Shown one piece after another: positions 1 through 10,661 of a DNA stretch of 64,000 nucleotides. The DNA comes from Epithemia pelagica (lineage: Eukaryota; Protista; Bacillariophyta). Below the pieces are notes generated by a model. It did no database searches, was not told the DNA's origin, and worked only from the letters and a program-made list of their open reading frames with translations. The DNA lies in NCBI GenBank assembly GCA_946965045.2, contig OX337242.1, positions 2,418,001 through 2,482,000 on the forward strand, read 5' to 3'. The translations under genes were made by a program, and so were the position numbers. Position 1 is the stretch's first letter, and each line of letters starts with the position of its first letter.

Positions 1-2
1 GT

Positions 3-836
3 AAAGTAAAAAAGAAGTCACGAAAGAGATGCTCAAATACAAGCCAACAAGAGGAGTCCTTCATATCCTTTCAAGTGTGTCGTTTCTGTCAATCACGTTT
101 CGATGCAAGAGGAATCAGCCGTCACGAAACAGTTTGTGAATTGAAAATGAACACACAAAGGAAATGGCCAAATGTTGGCGATGACAACAATGATTGTGCC
201 AGTAACATGAATGCTGATCCAATGAATATTGATATCATGGACGACGAAACCACTATTCCGCATGCTGACCCACCAAAAGCATACTATGTACCTGGTGATA
301 CAGATAATATTATTCTGCGCAACAGCAAGGAGTGCCCGGTTGATTTTCCTGCGTTCCTTGATAGAGATGGGAAGCAATTGAAACTTCATAAACACGATGC
401 AGCCTTGGTCTCACTTATGATGTTACTTCGGAAAGCTGGTTGCCCCAAATATTTGTACAATTCGATCCTGGCATGGTCGAGTGACACATACTCAAGATGC
501 GGTCCTGGGTTCTTCCTGGACAACCATTCAAAGAGGAAAACGTTCATCGAAAAGTTTTCTACCAAAGGTTTCAATTATCCCAAGGCAAAATTTTTCCTTG
601 TACCGTATTTGATTACTCGAAAAACAATTGGATATCGTCATACTCTTGTCTATCTGACCTTCTTTCCGACCCGGGTTTGGTCGACTACTCATTATGTTTC
701 CAAGCATTCTGATCACAATAGCTTGTGGCATTGGCTTTGGAGTATCCTTTTTAGGTTCTGGCATTTTCACAATGCGATATCGCCACTTGTTACATTCCTT
801 GTTTGTATCATGTGTTGTTTCATCTTCTTCCACTAA
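3..836 (+). pseudogene. N-terminal part of a probable Plavaka-like (CMC-related) transposase with a C2HC zinc finger; open at the window edge, 3' part lost
   Basis: The frame is open from base 3. It has CRFC-x11-H-x3-C, followed by a LMMLLRKAGCPKYLYNSILAW segment resembling stramenopile Plavaka-type N-termini as I recall them. No catalytic core follows, and the tail overlaps a convergent gene. Confidence 0.35.
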
Positions 837-2832
837 TGATGGGTCATAACATAGACTGACAGGCGGGGCACCTTTTGACGTATTGACCAGGTCCCATTTT
901 CGTAGTACATGACGCGTCGTTCCTTCCCAGTATTGGTCTGATCGATTATTTATTGGTTCGTAGATATGAAGTATCTTTTTGTCGATTTCGAAAGCCAATA
1001 AAGCTGGGTCGCTGACATCAGTTGCTGTTGTCAAGGCAATGATCGCCAATATCAGTGTCTTTGGATCCTGTTGTCTCCATGATGACATAGGAATTTTCTT
1101 AGGAAATGGGTTCCTGTTTGCTTCATCAAATGTTACCTTGTCAACATATACTAGGTTCTGATGGTTGTGATGGACCATCAACTTCAAACAAGTATAGAAA
1201 GACTCAATCGGCATGCCCGTCCTTGAAGTGTTGTAGCAAAGATCTCTCCGACGATGTCTATGTGGGATATGCAAAACACGCGTTGTAGGGTCCTGGTCAT
1301 TCATCAACCCACTGTAAGACATGCATAGTGTGCACCTAAATAATGTCTTGATTTCGACATGCGTGTTGTCTTTCCCCATACTCTTAGCATACTGGGTTGC
1401 TAGCTTCATGGCCGACTTGATGTTCTCGTTGTTTCTGTTAGCTTGTTTTTCCGCGAACTTGTCTAAGTAACCGTCACCAATGTTGTCGATGGATTCATTC
1501 GAGTCCCATGAGTCTTTTCTTCTCTTCTGGTTTACTATAGGATCAGGAAGGTGTGGAATTTCAATGAAAGGCGGTGGTACCACACCATCACCTGTCTCCT
1601 CATTTCCCTTGTTTATGGAAGCACAACGTCTCTAAGACAAAGAGATCAATCATTTTTGAGATTGTCTAATCCTTCTCGGTTCTTGGCAAGTCGCTCGAAC
1701 ATCTTACCTCGTTGTCTGCGGTTTTTTCATTGTCGTCGCTTATAATCTTCCTGACCTCTTCTACATGGTCTGATTTGAGGGCGACTTGGTTCAACGTTGT
1801 AATGGAAGTTGGTAGTACTTGTTCCTTTCTCTCGTCAGTAGGATCATTACCAGCGACGATCTTCTGTCTCTTTTTTGCTGGCGAGTCTGTACTCCGACGT
1901 TGCACGGCAATTTCTTTCGATTTCCTGGCAGACAGTACCTCTTGTTTTTCTATATAATGCAGTAGATCGTAGAACATACCGCCATCGTCTCCGTTTCTTC
2001 CATATTGTACCAAAGAATCTCTTTCTTCAAGGTACATCTTGAACCATGTGTCAGGCATCGTATACAACAGTGCTTTCTCCATTTGGATATTGGAAATCAC
2101 GTCCATGTTCTCGTCCGATGTCGATTCTGAGATGAAACGGTGTATGGCCACCATATGTTCGATAACCCATGCGATTTTACCAACAGGTACGAGACGCGGT
2201 TTCCTGTAAAGGGAGGAATCATCTAGAAGGTATCGTTTCAATGCTTCTCCAATCCCACCGATCCCCTTGCGTGTCTTCTTAGAGACTAAGCCATGAGAGG
2301 AAAGAAATCTGATAATGGTTTGTCTCAGATTCTCGGCACTGTCTATCACTGTCGTCCCAAATGCCTGATTCCAAATATTGGAAACAGGACTGTAGAGAGT
2401 CTTTTTGAACAACAGTCGAGCAACCATTGGAGTCAACTTGTCATCATCATCCATCTCGTTCTTAATTCTTGTGAAACAGAAAACGGAGTGACAGATGATA
2501 TCTTGGAATGCAGGCGAATAACAGATTGGTAGGAATATCTTCACATAATGGCCGTCATGTGGTACCTCCACTGTTGTCCATTTTCCTGATTTGTCTTGGA
2601 AAACACTTTCATACCAATTGAGGACACTTTCGTATGTAATGGGCATAATACCGGTGTAGTGGGATTCCTCGCTTGTGTGTGTTCGAAGTGTATGATTGGT
2701 ACCAGAAACAGTCATAGTCGACACGTCCTTTCTTTTGTTCCGCACTTCATCATTCATTGAGGAAGGGTCACCAGGATTCTTGGCGGTCGGTGGCTTTTTG
2801 TAGCGAGGGCCCTTGATGCGGTTGCCCGCCAT
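528..2832 (-). CDS. Two-exon hypothetical protein of about 742 aa (exons 2832-1708 and 1631-528); the C-terminal part is weakly Ulp1/C48-like and lacks obvious catalytic His/Cys
   Basis: A phase-0 intron at 1707-1632 (GTAAGA...CTCTTTGTCTTAG, 76 bp) joins the 388-aa and 351-aa ORFs in frame (DNE|RRCASINK). A diverged paralog lies at 13527-14208. Confidence 0.6.
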
Positions 2833-2846
2833 TTTGTACTTGTCAC

Positions 2847-3075
2847 GATGCGCTTTTTGTGTAGCGTCTTTGTTTCAACAACAACAACAACAAGGGTAGT
2901 CGAGGAAGCGCTTTAATTGTAGCGTCTTTGAGACAACCTTGTGTACTTGTCTAAACAGTAAAAAGTGTGCGCTGAATTGTGTAGCGTCTTTGGTTTGGTC
3001 CTGAACTCTGGTGGTAACAAAACAACAACCAAATCGAAGGAATACACTACGATGCGCTTTATGTGTAGCGTCTTG
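2847..3075. repeat. Four copies of a ~25-bp GCGCTTT..TGTAGCGTCTT motif
   Basis: Copies at about 2847, 2908, 2968 and 3052. They share the TTGTAGCGT core of the adjacent modular repeat. Confidence 0.7.
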
Positions 3076-3178
3076 TTCGTTGTGATCCAACAATCGGTGC
3101 CAGAATTTGCTACTCCAAAACCAGGGGTTGGTTGGTTGTCCAAGCAATCTCGCGACAAGAATAGAACAGAAGCAACTG

Positions 3179-4266
3179 GCTACCACCGTGTCACACTGCT
3201 TGCTTTGGGTCTGTTCTATTCAAGTCGGAGTATCACGAGGACAGGAGGGTTCTTGATAAACAATCTAACAGCAGATAGCCCGAAACCGCTTTAATTGTAA
3301 TAGCGTGATTGGAATGAAGGACAGAGCTGAGTGAAACAAGCAACAATCAGACAGATGCCCCAAGCCGCTTTAATTGTAGCGTGGTGATTGGAATGGCAGA
3401 GCTGCAAGATAGTGCAAGTGTCAAAGATAGGACAAATGTCGACAATATTTCGAATGCTCTGGTGGTCGTTCTTCTTCTTGGGTTCCTCTTCTTCTTGTTT
3501 TCCTGTTGTAGCGGTTTTGGAGTGAAGGTCGTGGTTGAAAGGAAGCAAGCAACAATCAGACAGATGCCCCAAGCCGCTTTAGTTGTAGCGTGATTGGAAT
3601 GGCAGAGCTGCAAGATAGTGCAAGTGTCAATGTCTCGAATGCTCTGGCCGTGCTTGAGTTCCTCTTCCTCTTCTTCTGGTGCAGCGGTTTTGGAGTGAAG
3701 TGTTGTAGCGGTTTTGGAGTGAAGGTCGTGGTTGAAAGGAAGCAAGCAACAATCAGACAGATGCCCCAAGCCGCTTTAGTTGTAGCGTGATTGGAATGGC
3801 AGAGCTGCAAGATAGTGTAAGTGTCAATGTCTCGAATGCTCTGGCCGTGCTTGAGTTCCTCTTCCTCTTCTTCTGGTGCAGCGGTTTGGAGTGAAGGTGG
3901 CTGAAGAGGAAGCAAGCAACAAAAAGGTGGCTGAAAAGGAACCAAGCAACAATCAGACAGATGCCCCAAGCCGCTTTAATTGTAGCGTGATTGGAATGGC
4001 AGAGCTGTTAGGTTGGTGAAAGAAGTTGGATAGGTGAAAGGATTGAAAAGGGAATCTCGGCAGAGAGAAAGCAAGCAACAAAAAGGTGGCTGAAAAGGAA
4101 CCAAGAAACAATCAGACAGATGCCCCAAGCCGCTTTAATTGTAGCGTGATTGGAATGGCAGAGCTGTTAGGTTGATGAAAGAAGCTGGATAGATAATGGG
4201 ATTGAACAGGGGAATCTCGATAGCGTTGGGTGATCGATTGCTGTTGTTGCTGCTGCTGCTGTTGTT
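3179..4266 (+). repeat. Left arm of a long inverted repeat built from modular ~160-210 bp units
   Basis: The core GATGCCCCAAGCCGCTTT(A)ATTGTAGCGTGATTGGAATGGCAGAGCTG recurs at about 3354, 3563, 3760, 3960 and 4119, with a degenerate copy near 3275. Confidence 0.85.
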
Positions 4267-4832
4267 GTTTGTTGTGGTGTGTTGGGTGGAGGTGGAGGGA
4301 GATGAATGAGCATCGATTCTGGTGGTCGTTGATTGTTGAATGACTAGTATTCTAAGTTGTTCGGTTTTGTTAGATGGATCAGAGTGTCGAGTTGGTAATC
4401 CCCGCGGTTTGGGTGATTGGGAAGGAGGATCCATCTGAGACATTCTTTGGGACATCCATGTGCGTCAGTCTTTCTGGCAGCTGCTGTGTGATGTGGTGGG
4501 AGTGGAAATTCGTGATTCAAAGGTGAGGGGACAGACGCTTGCGCATGAGGGTTGCGTCATGCGCGTCTCGGGGGGGTCGAGCGCGCCAGATAGTTGTAGT
4601 GCGCATTATCGGAGTGTGGCGCGCGTTATTCGTGGTTTGATCGCGGGCTTGTGCGCATTAAAATTGTTGCATGCGCGTGATAGTCAGCTCGATCTCTAGA
4701 ACTAGCTAGAGAAATGTGCATTGTTCGACCTAGATTTGCAGATTTAGTTGGGAAAGCAGGATTATAGTTAAAAACTGCGCATATAAAAATAAACTGCGCA
4801 TAAAAAATTTTAATTCGGTGAATTTTTTCTAG

Positions 4833-5512
4833 AAATTCGCTTTTGGGGGTGGAAATCAAGCGCCAGGGCCCATTTCCCTCCTTAGATGATAAAGACGGCA
4901 TTCCAGTGTTCTTCCTCAGCAGAGAGCACGTCAAACATGCTGGCCTGTCCGATATCGCCGCAGAGCTTCTTGCAACGGAAACTTGCGGCAAAGAAGGTAA
5001 GTTTGATTGTTGTTCATTGCTGATTGTTACTCCCCCTTTCTCACGACATGCACTCTGCTGCCAGGCAATGAGCCTGGCAACAACCCTGGCAACAAGCCCA
5101 AGATTGGGATCAAGAAGGAGGAGGAAGTCGAGAACATGGCTCTGGAGTCCTATGTTACCCCGAAGAAAGCAGCTTCTTCCCTGAAGCTGGCGTCTGAAGA
5201 AGCTTCTTCCCCAAAGGTGGAGTCTCGAGCTTTTGCTTTGACCCCCTCCCAGAAGCATGCCTTCCAACATCAGAACAGGTGAAGGAAAGAGGAGCGACAG
5301 ACCCTCGCAAGATTTTGAATGAATCGCTGGCAGTTGGAGAAAACATCCCCTCCTCACCTCCGTTGTTCTTTAACAATCCATCCCGTGCTTACCGGACATC
5401 CATCGATTCGTATGCCGATGATGGATTTCTTGAAACCCAAGAAGACTTCATCGGTACGCAGCACAACAGTTTTGGCCCCGAGTACTTGGATCATGAGGAC
5501 GAGGCGTACTAG
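4833..5512 (+). pseudogene. Small spliced ORF of unknown function inside the inverted-repeat spacer, with a frameshift near 5279
   Basis: An intron at 4997-5064 (GTAAGT...CTGCCAG) joins CGKE-G|NEPGNNPG in frame. A low-complexity acidic tail continues in another frame. The start was not located. Confidence 0.3.
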
Positions 5513-5584
5513 ATATCTACTGATGGACGTTTTAGATATCCTTAATCACTAAATATGAATCTATTTGTCATCATGGTAGTACTA

Positions 5585-6459
5585 CAACAGCAGCAACAAC
5601 AACAACAATCGATCACCCAACGCAATCGAGATTCCCCTTTTCAATCCTTTTACCTCTCCAGCTTCTTTCACAAACCTAACAGCTCTGCCATTCCAATCAC
5701 GATACAATTAAAGCGGCTTGGGGCATCTGATTGATTGTTGCTTGCTTCCTTTCAGCCACCTTCACTCCAAAACCGCTGCAACAGAAGAACAAGAAGAAGA
5801 GCAACTCAAGAATGGCCAGAGCATTCGAGACATTGACACTTGACCTATCTTACAGCTCTGCCATTCCAATCACGATACAATTAAAGCGGCTTGGGGCATC
5901 TGATTGATTGTTGCTTGCTTCCTGTCAGCCTCCTTCATTTCCAAACTGCTACAACAGAAGAACTGCAAGAAGAAGAGGAAGAACTCAATCAAGAACGACC
6001 AGAGCATTCGAAACATTGATTCTTGGTGTCCTTTCTTTCAGCTCCTCTGTCATTCCAATCACGCTATAATTAAAGCGGCTTGGGGCATCTGTCTGATTGT
6101 TGCTTGCTTCCTGTCAGCCTCCTCCACTTCCTCCAAACCGATACAACAGAAGAACTGCAAGAAGAAGCGGAAGAACTCAATCAAGAACAACCAGAGCATT
6201 TGAAAACACTTGTCCCATCTTTCAGCTCTGCCATTCCAATCACGCTATAATTAAAGTGGCTTGGGGCATCTGTCTGATTGTTGCTTGCTTCCTGTCAGTT
6301 CTCCTCTCGATTCCAACCACGCTACTACAATTAAAGCGGTTTCGGTGGCACCTGTTTGAGTATTACAAGGAAGACTTCTCCTCAAGAACCCTCCTGCCCT
6401 CGTGATACTCCGGCTTGAATAGAACAGACCCAAAGCAAGCAGTGTGACACGGTGGTAGC
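5585..6459 (-). repeat. Right arm of the long inverted repeat (reverse complement of 3179-4266, one unit fewer)
   Basis: GCGGCTTGGGGCATC cores at about 5713, 5886, 6075 and 6256. The outer end (6385-6459) is the reverse complement of 3179-3255, and the inner end matches 4200-4266. Confidence 0.85.
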
Positions 6460-7212
6460 TAGCAGAACTCTCATTGAGAATTCAAAAGGGTAATAGGTAG
6501 TTGGGTAAAAGGCTCGCTGAGCCAACAATCGATCACCAACCGATACAACAATCCTCCACGGGTCAGAGAAGAGTTGCAAGTCGAAGTCTGCCGTGGCTGG
6601 AGGCAGTTGGTCCACTAATAAGAGGTTAGTCTTAAGATGTGATGAAAGGTGATATTATTGATTGTGAGATGATTACTAACTAAGGTGTTTGATGAAGGTC
6701 GAGGTCCTGGCTCTTGTATACGGCCATGGATCTGGTGTGATAGGTCCTCAAATGGTTGGAGTAGACCTGCATTGTTGTATTGAAAGTATATGCAGTTGTA
6801 TATCATATACCAATGCCAACAGATCTTGCTTTGTTGTGATATAGGTAGTTTTCTTGGCGCGTTGTTGATTGCATTCTTGGAATTGTGGGAATGGAAATAT
6901 GGTCTCGCGTGATCGTGATTCGTGCTTTGATTACTTAGGTCGTTGAGGTAAGTCGTGGAGGTGCTCACTAGGATCGTGATTGCGCGCGCTTGAGAATATT
7001 GGGCGCGCACGTGATGGGCCATAGTCAATATCCGAGCGGTCGCCGATAGCGCGTACATTGCGAGCATGCCTTGGCCAAAATTATAGGTCCGCGAGCATGC
7101 CGTCATTCTTTTCTCACTTTTACACAAATGTCATTGGATGCCATAAAATACTAGCATCAGTCGATGTGTTGTAGATTCCACCACCACCTAGTTAAAGGTG
7201 AGAATCCTAACA
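6460..7212 (-). repeat. 3' LTR of element A (753 bp, TG...TA)
   Basis: Starts TGTTAGGATTCTCACC directly after the PPT and is nearly identical to 12794-13526. Confidence 0.92.
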
Positions 7213-10200
7213 CTCCCCACAATTCGTCGAGTGAGGATTGTTATTTTCCTTGTCATGCTTCTGAACGTTTCCTCCCCAGAAGAATATGATCTTGAACATG
7301 GTCCATACTTTCGAGAATTTCCAATGCTTGTTGAGAATGTCTCCTGGATGTTCTCATAGTCATCATTCTTGAGTTGGTAGGTCTTGTCGATGCCCTTTGA
7401 GCTATGCTCTCCAGGTGCCTTCTTCATCCAAACATTGGGATCTGCTTTGGTTGGTGACAAATCCATATCAATTGGGATGTCAAAGAAACAGTCACGCCGA
7501 CACGCTCCTGAAGATTTTAATCCCTTTGAGGCCTTGTGCGTAATCAAGATGTGACCTGATTCCTTGAGTTCTTGTCTTGCAACTATCAAGATCTTCTCTC
7601 CAGATAAAGCTTCCGGGTCGTGTGCAATTCCAACTTTTGCTCCCCATATATACATATCATTGAGAATCCCAAGACAGGTGGTTGTATGGAAGTTGTGAAT
7701 GGAAGTAGTACACAAAAAGATTGCCTCAACCGGTTCTTTGGTAAAAGCCTTGTCTGTGATGAGAAGTGCTGGGCGACTATCATCATGTTTTACAAGATGG
7801 ATTCGAATCTTGTTCTTGTGATACTCTTCTGGTGATGCATTTATCATTTCCCTTCTCTTGAACTGAGCTTGAACGCAATCCTTGATTTTTGTGAGGGATT
7901 GGATCTGTGAAGCCTGAAAGAGCTCAACTTCAGTAGTGTCGTACCACTTTCTTTTACCATGTTGCTTGTCTAACAAAACAACTAATTCTTCATTTGTCAT
8001 TGAAACTTGAAAACCAAACTTGTACTTGATGGAACGACAGACTTGCTTGATTCTTGACTGCTGTTTGGCAGCTTGAACAAGACATTTACTGGTCTTGACA
8101 AAACGCTTGAGATGTTTCCATCCAAGTTCATTTAATAGATCATGTTTCTTGGCATAGGGATCATTTACCATGAGTGACAGAGGCTCATAGATCTCTCCAG
8201 TCTCCCAAACAACAAGTATCTTGAAGCGACTTCCTTTGTAGCCAGGACTGTTGCTACTACTTCTTGACGGTTCTTGATGTGTGACAACATTTCTGAATTG
8301 GGAAATGTCATCTTCAGTTGCCAGTGCTTGGATGTCCTGTTTAATGTATTCCATATGTTGACGGTATGAGATTATTTCGCCAATGCTGGAAATGGATTTG
8401 CAGAAAGTGTACTTGATACATTCTTCTTGCTTGAGAGCATCTTGTTCTAAATCAACGACGCGTCTGATAAGACATGGTTGTCGTTGCTCCCCATTATGTG
8501 GTTGTCGTTGCTCCCCATTTTCCTCTGGATCATAAACAAGGAAAGTTTGTCCAATAGTTTCATCATGTTTGATTGTTGGAATTTGCGTGGATAGATCTTC
8601 ACCTTTGCTACAAATGAAAACAATGTCAACTTGTTTGCCCTTGGGTTTACTTGGAAGCGACTCCTCCCCTGAAGAGGTATCCACACAAACGTGGCTGGGT
8701 AGCGGGGGTGCATCATGGAGAATGGCAGAGTAACAAAGGGTTTGAGTGTCCAGAGACAAAGTATCACCAATAGGAGGGGCAAAAACAAGCCAGTAGCCAA
8801 GTGTCGTGACAAAAGAGGGAGGGTAGGGACGGTGGGAGAGGGCATATGATTCGGTAAAGTAGGGGGCCTTGTCCCAGATAAGGAAGAAAAGTGGGTGGGT
8901 AATGCCGGGTGGGCGACCATTGAGGATCTCAAGAGGGATATGGCCCGAAACGGTCACGACGTATGTTGTCCTCTTAACGGTCTGATAACGGTTCTCAGCC
9001 ATGTTCTGATCTTGGAGGTATGGTTTGGAACAGTATTCTCCAAGGAGGGATGTGAAGAAGGAAGGCGTATCAGGTCCATGATCATAAGGTAAATCCAAGA
9101 GAAGGTTGAGGTTACAGACAACACGATTGGTATACTTCCCAAAAGCATCATTCGGATTGCCATCATTTTCAACAGTCCTCGAAGAAGGTGCTGTATCTTG
9201 CATGGGATCAAGATGCCAATGATTAAAGCCAGTCACTTGATTGTTGCCGGAGAAAGTAGACATGCGAGAAAGCAGATGTCGAGATATCTGAACTTTCTGT
9301 TTACAGTTGTTGTTCTCGAGACAATCATTGAGGGTGGATGTTGCCTTGGTATTGGACATCAAATGAGTAAGATCAGATAGATTATCTTGATGGTTTTGGG
9401 AATCATCTTGAATCATGTTGTCAATCCGTGTACCACCAGGGTCAGGATCAGGTTCCGGATCAATGTCAAGAGTATGTGTCTGTTCCTTCCATGCAGTTGT
9501 TGTTGATGCATTCTGGGTAGACTTGTTGTACGCAATGATTACTTGACGACTATTGTCAGTGAATTTATTCCACAGATCTCTTGGAAGACTGATCTTTGGA
9601 AGCGAAGATGAATCCTTGGTCTTCATATTAGTTCTCTTAATCCTGTGGTGCATTTCTTTGGGTGATGGATCGTTGATATCAAAATCTTGATCATACTGGA
9701 AGTCATGTTGCTTGGTATGCTTACGTCGGTTAGACTTTGGTGATCGAGTTGCTTGGTCATGATTATATGCGGCATCGAGGAGAAGACGGAAATATGATCG
9801 ATAACAAAGTGTCTTTGCACCAGACAAGATGTTGACTTGTCGTAAATCAGGTACCTTTTCAACAGCTTTCATCAGGAAGGCCATCCTAGTGGAGTGGCAA
9901 GGAATGTGATCAAACATTGATACCAGATTGTCGAGGAGATAGAACTGGTGTTGAAAGTGTAGAAGAAACTGGTAGGTTGTGCCGTGCCATGAATCATCGA
10001 GACAAAGATTGGAGATGTAGTTGTTAAGACGTAGCACCTCTCTTTTTGCTAAACGAAATGACGAAATCCAACCGCCTTGGTTCAGGCAAAGCTTGGTGAA
10101 GTCTGCATTGATTCTCCAATGATCGTAATTGGCCTTGGTGAGGTTCAACCAGGTAGAACGGGATATATCACACTGCTGCAGGGTTGAGGTTTGTTCTCGT

Positions 10201-10505
10201 GACCAATATGCTAGGATCTTCAGTTGATGCCTTGTATATGTCTTCAGGTCCATCGTCTTGTTCCCATACTTGTATTGTCCAAGGTCCTTGATATTCTTTT
10301 CTGGATTGACTGCAAGATAGTCGATGACATTCAGAACGTGTTCGAAACCACTATGTTTTATCCATTGATGAAGGGCTTGAGCTCGTTCTTCATCACATTC
10401 AAATAGATGCTGGGTGATATGATTGAACACTTGTGTATCTGATATGTCAGGCGGTACTGAGTCGTCAGAAGGAAGAGAAGGTGTCTTGGGGTATGTTGGA
10501 TCCAT
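7188..10505 (-). pseudogene. Internally deleted gag-pol of element A (1105-codon open frame lacking the PR, INT, RT and RNase H catalytic motifs)
   Basis: Colinear with the element C polyprotein, but DRGANGG, both integrase Asp motifs, YVDD and RNase H are absent. Confidence 0.85.
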
Positions 10506-10661
10506 GGTAGTATATGGTTGGTCCGTGTTTATCTAATGTGTGGTGTGATAAGAACCCGGATGTACCACGTGTGTGCCACGTATGTAAGTACCCGGATGTG
10601 TGTTGTGCTGGGAACCCGGATGTGCGGAACTCGGTTTGTTGTGGAAACTACTCAAAGTTAC

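Noticed and set aside
3291-3969. Repeated MGHLSDCCLL.. and antisense ORFs
   Set aside because: They are translation by-products of the repeat units, with no coding signal.
3290-4170. CRISPR-like appearance (conserved repeat plus variable spacers)
   Set aside because: The context is eukaryotic, the spacers are related to each other and 100-150 bp long, and there are no cas genes. It is a modular minisatellite.
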